DNA of 64,000 nt from Macrostomum lignano. Lineage: Eukaryota. The position numbers and the translations under genes are program-made. Each line of letters begins with the position of its first letter. Position 1 is the first letter of the stretch. The stretch is taken from contig NIVC01000556.1 of NCBI GenBank assembly GCA_002269645.1, positions 62,001 through 126,000 of the forward strand, in the 5' to 3' direction. Positions 50,386-64,000 of this stretch are shown one piece after another. Below the pieces are notes generated by a model. The model made no database searches, was not told where the DNA came from, and saw only the letters and a program-made list of their open reading frames with translations.

Positions 50386-51039
50386 GGGGCACCATGACCA
50401 GTACAGCAATGGACTGCAACAGTCAAAATCAGGCTTTTTCGCCTCAGGCAACAAGTCATTCATTAAATCCGTTGTTCTCATAGAAACAGCCGCAGAAATG
50501 TTTCGCATGCGTCATGTGCTGTGATACAATCCAGTTTTACAAATGTTAAACCCGAGCAAAGCATTGGCTAACACTTGTAATTGCAGAAATTTTGGTTTGG
50601 TCAGCCACTACAGCCCAGAAAACCACTGATTTGCAGACAAACATAACGGTATAATTCTCAATCCAATTTTCTTCCCTTCTTACTTTCTCTCTTTCTGTCA
50701 ACAGGTGCGAGCTTGTTTACCCAACGCTTGCTACACTACCTGCCTTACCCTACTGTGTCACAGGGTGCGGCTACACCTTGTTGCTGACACTTCTAAATGG
50801 TGCCAAGTCCGAGTTGGCAACTGGCGTGGGCATGAGCTGCTAGCTGTGCTCAAACTCTTTCGGTAGCTTTGGTTGTCAACTCAATCTCAGTAGCTCTGCC
50901 TACTTAGCTCAGCTCTCTAAAGATCTTTTAAAATCTTTTTTCTATACTTTCTCGAAAGCAAGGGTTACCGTTCTATAGTATTCTATAGTAGAGCTGTTTA
51001 CGCGGAACTCTTCTGAGCATTTTAAGCTTTGTCTTCTGT

Positions 51040-51765
51040 CTCTCCCTTTTTCTCTTCCTTTACTCTCTTCTCTCCCACTTTCCCTCTCTCCCCTTTTTCT
51101 CTCTCCCTTTCTCTCCCCCTTTCTCTCTCCCTTTCTCTCTCCCTTTCTCTCTCCCTTTCTCTCTCCCTTTCTCTCTCCATTTCTCTCTCCCTTTCTCTCT
51201 CCCTTTCTCTCTCCCTTTCTCTCTCCCTTTCTCGCTCCCTTTCTCTCTCCCCTTCTCTCTCCCTTTCTCTCTGCCTTTCTCTCTCCTTTTCTCTCTCCCT
51301 TTCTCTCTCCCCTTCTCTCTCCCTTTCTCTCCCCCTTTCTCTCTCCCTTTCTCTCTCCCCTTCTCTCTCCCTTTCTCTCCCCCTTTCTCTCTCCCTTTCT
51401 CTCCCCCTTTCTCTCTCCCTTTCTCTCTCCCCTTCTCTCTCCCTTTCTCTCCCCCTTTCTCTCTCCCTTTCTCTCTCCCTTTCTCTCTCCCTTTCTCTCT
51501 CCCTTTCTCTCTCTTTTTCTCTCCCTTTCTCTCTCCTTTTCTCTTTTCTTTTTTCTTTCTCTCCCTCTCCCCCTTTCTCTCCCCCTTTCTCTCTCCCCTT
51601 CTCTCTCCCTTTCTCTCTCCCTTTCTCTCTCCCCTTCTCTCTCCCCTTCTCTCTCTCCCTTTCTCTCTCCCCTTCTCTCTCCCTTTCTCTCTCCTTTTTT
51701 CTTTCTCTCCTCTCTCCCTTTTTCTTTCCCTTTCTCGCTCCCTTTCTCTTCTTCTCTCCCTTCAT
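51040..51765. repeat. 12-bp polypyrimidine minisatellite (ctttctctctcc)
   Basis: Direct reading. Confidence 0.95.
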
Positions 51766-52556
51766 TCCAGTAGACTCCCAACGCTACCAATAGCATATTA
51801 CATAGTATAAACACAGTGGGTCTGTATGGCATTAGGGGCGCACTTAATATTTGATTCATGCATAATTGAAGGCCCCGCATGCATCAAATTACGCTGCTCC
51901 TGCAATCCAATGGCCGTAAATGTTTTGTTCAACGAGGCTCACACTAACACGCTCCACTTTCTCCCAGGGTCCCGGCCTGAACGGGGCACCACAATTGTGT
52001 CAACATCTGCGCTTTCCTTGTCTTAAGCCTGTGCCGCTGACTTGTTAATTGAGACTCCAAATTTATAATCCCAGCAAATTTCCCAGTCTTAATCTCTTCC
52101 TTCCCATTCTCTCTCGGCCTCTCCCTCTCTGTACACATTGGCGATTGTGTGTTCAGCATAATCATAATTCCACGCGCGCACACTCTGTTACCATGACAAC
52201 CGTTATTATGCAAACAAGCGCCGGTAAAATATAGAAATGGCTTCAGCATAGAAGCGTGATACCCCCCCCCGACAGATGTAGATTCGGGCAGTGAAGTACA
52301 GCACCGCCCCTGCTTCCCTCCCATGCTGCAGTACGCACAGTCGGTAAACCCTGATAGGAAAAATTATTAAGCCAGAATTACGAATTTAGCTCTTAGCCAA
52401 TCAGATTGTGAGAGAGCTTCTGAGCTCTGTGGCAAGCTTATATAGATATTAATCCGAGTTAATGCCTCAACAAGCTTGATAATGACCGCTGAATCCAATT
52501 TGTCCTCTATAATTGATTAATAAATAAAAAGTGGGATATTTTATAAAGTAGAGAGG

Positions 52557-52668
52557 ATGAGCAATCGCGTCGACCCGGCGTCGCAGCCGATTGAGCTGGC
52601 GGCGGCCACTGCTGGACCGAGTAGCACAGCTGGCTCAACCGTGGCTTTGAAGCCTGGCTACGATGTCA
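52557..52668 (+). CDS. Putative (alternative) first coding exon of an unidentified gene
   Basis: ATG 52557; MSNRVDPASQPIELAAATAGPSSTAGSTVALKPGYDV; consensus donor a|GTAAGT, phase 1; GC-rich against AT-rich flanks. Confidence 0.5.
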
Positions 52669-52739
52669 GTAAGTGCTGTGCGGTGTGCGCTTGAGTAGTC
52701 GCAGCGTTTTTTGAAGTTTAAGTCGACAAAAAACTCCAA

Positions 52740-53230
52740 GGGGGGAGAGAGGAAGGGAGACAGGAAGGGAGACAGGAAGGGAGACAGGAAGGGAGACAGG
52801 AAGGGAGACAGGAAGGGAGACAGGAAGGGAGACAGGAAGGGAGACAGGAAGGGAGACAGGAAGGGAGACAGGAAGGGAGACAGGAAGGGAGACAGGAAGG
52901 GAGACAGGAAGGGAGACAGGAAGGGGCAGAGGAAGGGAGAGAGTAAGGGAGAGAGGGAAGGAGAGAGGAAGGGAATGAAGAAAGGAAGGGAGAGGGGAAG
53001 GGAGAGAGGAAGGGAGAGGGGAAGGGAGAGAGGAAGAGAGAGAGGAAGGGAGAGGGGAAAGGAGAGGGTAAGGGAGAGGGTAAGGGAGAGGGGAAGGGAG
53101 AGAGGAAGGGAGAGGGAAAGCAGAGAGGAAGGGAGAGGGGAAAGCAGAGAGGAAGGGAGAGAGGAAGGGAGAGAGGAAGGGAGAGAGGAAGGGAGAGAGG
53201 TAGGGAGAGAGGAAAAGAGAGCGAGGGAGA
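52740..53230. repeat. 12-bp polypurine minisatellite (ggaagggagaca/ggaagggagaga)
   Basis: Direct reading; near-complementary to 51040-51765. Confidence 0.95.
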
Positions 53231-53804
53231 GATTAGGGGGATGAAAGGTAGAAAAAATAGAATTTCAGTATATTAATGTATAAATATTGTATATAGGAAT
53301 ATTAAAGACGAAATACAACCTGTTACAGTTTGTGGCCTGGTGGTTTGACTTTGAAGTTAACAGAAAAAAATCCTATAATTCACCTTACGCTACAAGGGAA
53401 ATACGTGGCTACGCTAGTATAGATTCAGGAAAGGTAATGCAATTTCGATCGATGTGAGTGAGGATGAGAGAAAATAATGGGGAGAGAGAAGAGAGGGGGA
53501 ACTGGCACAAGTATTTATAAGCTGGGCAAAGCTTTGAATAAATACTTCGCTGCGTTATTATTGATTGCTTGGAGTATAGTATATTTAGACCCTTATGAGA
53601 GAATTGCATCCTGAGAGGTGCTGATTAGCTAAACTCTAAAAAGTTTGGCTGAGAGTCTGGGAACACCATCCGTCCAAACTTGGCACGACTTGGCAGGAAT
53701 TCCTCGCAGTTTAATTTTCTCCACACTACTGCAGCCAATTATGCATAATTAACATTTTCGCTAGTTTAGCGCCATTTGAACTTTGCGGCTTCAGAGTCCA
53801 CACA

Positions 53805-54130
53805 AAACCACGCAAGTCCTGCTTGAGGGTTGAATGTACATCAAGGCCTATTCTATTCCTCTACACCAGTTTATTGCCAACCCCACCTCTTTTACAACCA
53901 CACAAATCCTGCGTGAGGGTTGAATGTACATCAAGGCCTATCCTATTCTTCTACACCAGTTTATTGCCAACCCCACCTCTTTTACAACCACACAAATCCT
54001 GCGTGAGGGTTGAATGTACATCAAGGCCTATCCTACTCGTATTCCTCTACACCAGTAGAGTTTATTGCCAACCCCACCTCTTTTACAACCACACAAATCC
54101 TGCGGGAGGGTTGAATGTACATTAAGGCCT
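53805..54130. repeat. ~90-bp tandem repeat, ~3.5 copies
   Basis: gagggttgaatgtaca at 53825, 53915, 54005 and 54106. Confidence 0.93.
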
Positions 54131-54809
54131 ACCCCTAACCCTCTTTAATCGGGCCTGTTAATGTATAATAAAAATGTACACTATATGTGACTGATAAATT
54201 TACATTGACGTCCCACCCTGATAAGCCGCCAGAAAGTACATTGCAGAACAGAACCAAAGAGCCCCAAAATTGATTCCTTATTTTTTACAATCCTTATCAT
54301 TCTAACCTGTGGTCTGAATGTAGACTCGATTTGTAATTAATAATGTACTAATAATAACTAATAATAATTTAGTACATTAGGTAAGGTAAGTAATAATAAG
54401 GTAACTAATAATAAGGTTTGAAACTAATAATGTACATTGGAAAGATCAATGCAAGGCATTGTTGATGAAAATGTTAACTTCCGCTAATGGTGAAAGCGTT
54501 TGTAATAAAGTTGAAAAAGATTACACATGTTTTCGTTGAAACAAAGTCTTGATTGTAAATAAGCGCTAATCCGTAACTTTAGCTTACGAGTAAAAGCTTC
54601 TCCATTTTTTCTATTTTACCATCGAAGACTTCTTTTTAGGGCTAAGAAGTAAGAAAAGAACACTGCTGCGCCCTTGCTAAATCTTTCATATTTACGATTA
54701 GCAACATGTTAAAGTTTCCACCCGAAACCAGTAAAAATCAACAAGTGCCAGTCAGCTTATATAGGACTGGCAGATATATGTATGGCCGTTTTGGCACCCG
54801 TGGGGAAAG

Positions 54810-55350
54810 CGCCCCTGGCGATGGCGCCCCTTGGATAGCGATGGCGCCCCTTGGATAGCGATGGCACCTCTTGGATAGCGATGGCGCCCCTTGGATAGCG
54901 ATGGCGCCCCTTGGATAGCGATGGTGCCTCTTGGATATCGATGGCGGCCTTTGAATAGCAATGGCGCCCCTTGGATAGCGATGGCGCCCCTTGGATAGCG
55001 ATGGCGCCCCTTGGATAGCGATGGTGCCTCTTGGATATCGATGGCGCCCCTTGGATAGCGATGGCGCCCCTTGGATAGCGATGGCGCCCCTTGGATAGCG
55101 ATGGCGCCCCTTGGATAGCGATGGCGCCCCTTGGATAGCGATGGCGCCCCTTGGATAGCGATGGCGCCCCTTGGATAGCGATGGTGCCCCTTGGATAGCG
55201 GCGCCCCTTGGATAGCGATGGCGCCCCTTGGATAGCGATGGCGCCCCTTGGATAGCGATGGTGCCCCTTGGATAGCGATGGCGCCCCTTGGATAGCGATG
55301 GCGCCCCTTGGATAGCGGCGCCCCTTGGATAGCGATGGCGCCCCTTGGAT
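54810..55350. repeat. 20-bp minisatellite (gatagcgatggcgccccttg)
   Basis: Direct reading. Confidence 0.95.
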
Positions 55351-57143
55351 AACTGAATCTGCATAACTGTTCGTGGGGAATAAATTTAATTGTAATCTAA
55401 TTCACAGTCTCATCCTTTTCTGTTCGTGTGCTCTCAGTTAAAATCCAATATTCTAAGAAAAAAGGATCTCTACAGCCCATCCTTCCTAGTTAGTTCAATT
55501 AACCATCAATAAAGCCAGTTGACTAAATAGAGAAGTTGCAAACGGTCGTGAAACTAGCCAGCTAACTAACTAGCACGTTAATCTATAATTCCATAAAAGA
55601 ACTCAATTCTTCTGTATTAATCAAACCATATAGCTAATTGTATGTAAGGCATTGCATTTAGAGTGGAGCGCATGCCATGTCAACTCCGCCTGCTAAGCTA
55701 TGCACAGTGGCTAGAATTGATTATTAATGCTTAGCGATGGCGGTACTAAGCCTCAAAGATCCATCACTATGCATCTACAATATCGCCTAGAATGCACTTC
55801 TTTATTTTGTAATTGGATCCGCAGTAAAGCCCCGCAAAGCAGGAAGCAACAAATCGAACTGGTTTTTGCTCAGCATGTACTCAGTCAGGATTTCTATGTA
55901 CAATAATTAATGCTCTAGACAATTAATTAATCAGACGAATTGGTTCACTTCTAAGGGTTGAAGGTTAAAGGGTTGAATCTGGTGTTAAAGAAGAAGGCAG
56001 TTGTAGTAGCAGTCAACAAATGTTTACGGCTATAAAATGAGTCAGAAGTCAGCAAGCACTTTGGTTTTCTGTTTAAGGCAGAATCAACGGGTAGATTACT
56101 CCAATTGATGAGAGCCATGTACTAGTTCAGTAGTCAGCAAAAGCTTTTCTATTTCTCGACTCAAGTTTTCCGCAACTTTATTTAAACCTTGTCACATTAA
56201 GCATTTCTTCTTCGTTTTTTTGTCTATGGTTCAACCCAATCCCCATTTACTCAGCTAAAACTTCGTGCCACACAGGGTGATTGGTTGTTGGTTGGTCCTC
56301 ATGGACGAGAATTGGACGACTACAGGCCTTAGCCGGTCGATTAGCGTATTCTATTAGGAAGGTTGTGGTGTCTACCCACGCTCACACCGAGTGTACACAA
56401 TGGACCACTGTAGTATAACAAAACGTAGAACTCAAAGATCGTGTAATTTTTTTGGAGACCAACATGGTTGCTAAAAAAACTCACTTGTGCGTTTTTGTTT
56501 ATGTCTTTCGCTTGGGCTTATGAAATGAAGAGAAAACAATAGTGAAAATGAAACTGTCACTACATAGCTAATATAAAATACAGTTCATAGTAACGTAACT
56601 ATGTTACACGAGTCACCTATTTGGCTAATCCACGTTCGGCTACGTAAAAATCGGACGAAGCGTCTCACACTACCCAAATAAGTAGCAGGCACGGAATATT
56701 GTGAGTCGTACATCCAACGCTCTCAGCGAGCAGTCTCATTCCATCGTTAATAGCTTACTTAACAAGCAACGAACCGAGACGGGAAATGAGGAAAAGAAAC
56801 CGGGGAGAAAAGATGGATGAATTTTCTTTAATCAAAGCCACGTCCAGCGCACGACCTTTCAGCTGCAGCAGCGAGGGGAAGTGATGGGACGACAGTGTTG
56901 AAAATTAATGAAGAAACCAACCCATTGCTACTGAGTAACTAGTCGTTGGGTAAAAAAGCGCACGTACTGGAGTTCCTACTGAGGACACGGGTCACGGGCT
57001 CTGCTATGCAGACTCAAAGCAGCGAACAAAATGATAAATAATCGATATTAACTGCAAGGACAGATGCGAGTATCCAGTGGGGTTGTGAGCAGACTCAATC
57101 CAGTGCCGAATAAGTACATACCATTCGTAGTGCATCAATCGAA

Positions 57144-57450
57144 GGTGGCTGTAGCCTAGTGGTTAGAGCGTCGGACTCACGACTTCAAGGTCGGGGGTTC
57201 GATTCCCGATCCCACTGGAACAGTTTGTGTCCTTGAGCAAGACACTTAACTCTGCATTGCTTCAGTTCACCCAGCTGTAAAATGGGTGCCAGCATTAGCT
57301 GGGGTAATTGAGGGTGTGTGTGGCGACCCCCCCAGTCCTTGGACTGAACAGCCGTACGCAGCCTTCAGATGCGCCGCGCGATAGCTGCGGCTGAGCTGTC
57401 GGTTGCACATCTGGCCCAATTGGGACAGGTGTAATCAATTATTATTGATA
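57144..57450 (+). mobile_element. tRNA-derived CORE-type SINE
   Basis: A box tagcctagtggttag and B box ggttcgattccc (57196-57207). These are followed by tgtgtccttgagcaagacacttaac..cttcagttcacccagctgtaaaatggg, which resembles the remembered MIR/CORE consensus tgtgaccttgggcaagtcacttaac..cctcagtttcctcatctgtaaaatggg. The 3' end is approximate. Confidence 0.8.
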
Positions 57451-57929
57451 TAAATGCTAATCAAGTCACTGAATATAAAGTCTGCTATGCATATAGTCTC
57501 TTAGAGTTGCTACGGCAACTAATTTCTGCTGCACATAGGTTTATATCCGCTATCGATCTGCTGTGTGTATTATTAGAGAGAGAGAGGGGGGAGAAGAGGA
57601 GAGTATTAGGGCAGCTCAAGCTGCAGTGGAAGTGTGTGACAACATTAATAGAGAAATGGCAGGATAAATGAGTACCATGCATAGTGGCAGGGGGAGAAGT
57701 GCTGTAAAAAGTGAAATGGGTGCGTGCTGTAGTATAAGTAGTCGATTGAAGAGGGACATGAGGAGCAATATAGTACGAAGGCTATACCATGCCATGGTAC
57801 CTATGGTGAAATAGGTACCATGCCATTGACGTTTGAGTGGGCTTACAAAGAGGCTCAGTGATTTTCAATTATACAGCTCATTAGTCTTCTGAAAAATGGA
57901 TTTTTGCTGATTTTACAGCAGTTTGTTAG

Positions 57930-58600
57930 AATGGAAGGCCTTGATTCAATCTTGATGCAAGTTTGTCACCAGGCGCTATTGCGGTCATTGCTTGTCGAGC
58001 TTTGGTCAGATAGTCGTCCAAGTGCTGTCGTCTGCCAGTCGCTATCCAGGGATCCAAGATCATCGTTTGGATGATCACCTTGTTGAGTCCTCGGTTGCAC
58101 TGCCAGACAAGCCTTTGATGCCTTGGGATGCGATCGGATGTCAGAAGCCACGCTGCCTCGAGAAGCTATATGTCAGTATGGGCCGTAGCCCAGTGGTCTG
58201 GCGCGGCGCTCTGATGTGCCAGCGGCCCAGGCTCGATTCCCAGTGCAGTCACATTAATTTGGGGGCTAAATCGGAATCTCAGCTTGGCTCTGCTCGTGCA
58301 GTTAACGTCATTGAGCGCCAACCCCCAAGGTACAGTGAAGTGTACATGCCTAACGATAAATAAAGTAAGGGCCGCTGTGCACTCCTGTGTGAGTGTGTGC
58401 CTGTGCGTATGACTGCGTACGTATCCGTAATGCAGCAATGCTTCTCGTTGGTTGTGACAGTGTCGCTTAAATTGCGCCAGAGTGCACACAATCCCTGTCT
58501 TAAATAAAAAGACTCTCCATTACCAAGCCGTTGATGACCGCATCGAAAGCGCATGGCGGCTTTTGCGGCTGGTGTCAAAGGCGTCTTTTGAGCCGGGCGA
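57930..58600 (-). pseudogene. Possible degenerate retrotransposon gag-like ORF interrupted by SINE copy B
   Basis: Removing the SINE joins CAFDAVINGLVMESHTDI*LLEAAW...QHLDDYLTKARQAMTAIAPGDKLASRLNQGLPF in one frame with one stop. The LDDYL..R..GLP pattern loosely resembles a gag capsid motif. Confidence 0.2.
58180..58510 (+). mobile_element. tRNA-derived SINE, copy B (same family as 28693-29046)
   Basis: gggccgtagcccagtggtctggcgc ... gctcgattccc ... ttaaataaaaa. It is colinear with copy A apart from a ~35-bp deletion. Confidence 0.85.
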
Positions 58601-59503
58601 ATCTTGTTGGTTCCAGGCAATCGACTTATCTAACTTAAGTCTAAATGCTTCATCGAGGATTGTATATTTTGATGTTAATAGTTAAACTTATGGAGTAATT
58701 TTTACATCGAAACCGCATTCATATCGGAGACGCAAAAAAACTTAGCAAGTAGTGCATTCATTGGGTTCTTTCTCTGCCCTTTTTTCATATCAGCCAGAAT
58801 CTATTTTTAGTTGTCGCCTAATAGACACAGTCTGAATATAATTCCTTTCCAGTTACGGAGCCCACAGCCTAACCATCAAAGTTTCTTTCAGCACTGTCAG
58901 ACTTGGATTATTCAGATTGCGTATAGACTCTGCAGAGGGCCTAGCGAATCTACTGTACTGTCTGTCACACCCTGGCCCAGTTGCGATTTGCATGCAAATG
59001 GAGCTTGCAGGCTGCTTTGAAGAAAAGGCCAAATTAGAAGCTTTAATAAAAAAACCAAGTGCGATACACTGCGGAGGGGCTAAAGTCTAAAGGACTTTCT
59101 CTAGAAGGGTCTGGCAGTGTTCGTACTACGTATGGCTACTCACCAGGGATGGTCCCGGGAACGGGGTAACAGGGAGATAAAGAATAGCCAAAAGAAGAGA
59201 TGAAAGCAGACAACACCGCGAGTTGATTATTTGGATGATTCTGGAGAAAAACACATCTTATGCATGGCGTTCTATTTCTGACTGCGTCTTCCATCCTGCT
59301 GGATTCTCTCTCTTGGGATTTCCGAACTGGTGGCTTCTCAGCTGATTAATGCGTGTGTGTACAGAGAATGCGGCATCTTATCTGTGACCAGGGACCAGCT
59401 TCCTTTCTACTTGGCATAATTGATTAGGTTTGCCCCGGTGGAACACCTCTCTGGCTCTACTGCTCTTCCGGGTGATGTTCGATGGCTTTAATTTTCATTT
59501 CTG

Positions 59504-62350
<2,847 letters not shown>

Positions 62351-63444
62351 AGCTAACAAAATGACTCACTGCATAGTGCAAGTCACGCACCACCGGGTCA
62401 GAAAGGAAATTCACTTTTACAACATGTCTGACTCACAAAGGGTTCCTATCTGAAATCAGGGGGGACCAGCCACTGATAAAATGTCAAAATCTTTAAATAA
62501 CGCTTTGATAATCCTTTAATCTTTCCGCAGCAGGCGCAGCAACTGCTCTGAGCCCAGCTCTCTCTCTCTCTCTCTAAACTTCACTTCATCAAGCTTCGGC
62601 TGGGGCCTCTTTAAATTACACAAAGCATTCGGTTCTTCTCCTCATTTGAGCACTCGGAAGTTGAAGCAAAATTCTTGCAACGCTAAAGAGGAGAGTAGAG
62701 TTGAGTAATGATGCAGGCCAAGAGCCAAGAGTTTTGAAGTGGTCCGCCAAGTATCCATCCTCAGCGGTCCTTGCCGCTCTCTTGACTCGCGCGTAGTTCT
62801 CATCATTCTGCTCATGAAAATGTTTTTATCCCCCGCTTGCCGAGAATCAGGGTGGAGGCGGGATTCGAGAATATGCGATGCGAGCCAGGGCTCCGGTTCC
62901 TTCGGAGGAGGATCGGGGGGGGGGAGAAATGTATTTTATGGTCCCCCGCGTCTCTCCCTGCCCGCCCTCGACTCGTGGAAGCTGGCAGCTACATCTTATT
63001 TCCAAGGCTCCATTAGCTCTTCATCTAGCGGAGGCAACCGCCGCCCCCCACCCACCCTGGCTGCTAGAACCCGTCCGTTCCCCATTTGCCATGCTCCGGC
63101 ACTCTTCTGCTTTTTTCTCCTGGGCCCGACTACTTACTCAACTGGACTCGCCAGCCCCGATCCCCCGGCCCGCTTCTCCTCTCTCCGTCAGTCTTGGCGA
63201 AGATTCGCTCAGCTAGAAACTCTGACCAGGGATCGGGGCGTTTGCTAAATTGGGGCGGCGGGGGGGGCAGCTACCGAACAGACACTGCTTCTTGTGCGGC
63301 TTCTTTTGCTAGTTGAAATTTCTGCTTCAGATTGGAAACTATATTAGTTCAAGGCTTGGTGCTTGATTTAGCTGTCGAAAGGACAATAAGATTTTAAAAA
63401 GAAAAGTACATTTTTGGATTGAAAGATAAACAAGACTAAATGGT

Positions 63445-63780
<336 letters not shown>

Positions 63781-64000
63781 TAAGACTGAGAAGTGAAGCG
63801 GCTTGGGCGGATGGAAATGCATAATGAGATGCCCAAACTATAACCATCAGAAATCGATCGCAAGCCTCTACACTGTAGCTTTATCCTTTCCTGGACTCCC
63901 AACTAAGCAACTGGACACTGATTGCGCAGAAATCTGAACCAGACTCTAAACTAGGCGAAGTATTGAAGTACTTTCAATAAGTACTGCTGGCCACCGCTTG

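Noticed and set aside
57144-57216. Functional tRNA gene
   Set aside because: The acceptor stem pairs only partly, there is no Pol III terminator, and the sequence continues into a CORE-like SINE body.
62739-63316. GC-rich ORFs near the window end as coding exons
   Set aside because: They are low-complexity overlapping frames with no recognisable motif or convincing splice pair; more likely regulatory or non-coding.

Overview
Eukaryotic (metazoan-type) genomic DNA dominated by tandem repeats. The one securely identified gene is a 5'-partial class II phosphoinositide 3-kinase (PI3K-C2-like) on the + strand. It has 11 exons reconstructed by hand (518-863, 1491-1635, 3344-3529, 4903-5486, 7611-7786, 8216-8520, 8987-9614, 11113-11549, 12608-12964, 13586-14297, 17842-18231). 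Every intron is GT-AG, every phase joins, and the total of 4266 nt gives 1421 aa plus stop, in the order RBD, C2, helical, kinase, PX, C2. Each of its 10 introns is filled almost wall-to-wall by its own unrelated minisatellite. The remaining ~46 kb has no recognisable protein family. It holds two ATG-initiated, phase-1 exons with GTAAGT donors (28256-28430 and 52557-52668) that may be alternative first exons of a gene continuing beyond the window. It also holds a ~12.1 kb candidate mobile element with 16-bp inverted termini inside an (AGAC)n tract, enclosing a 9.3 kb higher-order 238-bp satellite; three tRNA-derived SINE copies (one CORE-type); a ~195-bp solo-LTR/MITE-like insertion; an inverted pair of 28-bp minisatellite arrays; and many micro/minisatellites. 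Most ORFs in the supplied track are translations of repeats. Repeat boundaries are approximate and read by eye. No database search was possible, so homology statements rest on remembered motifs.
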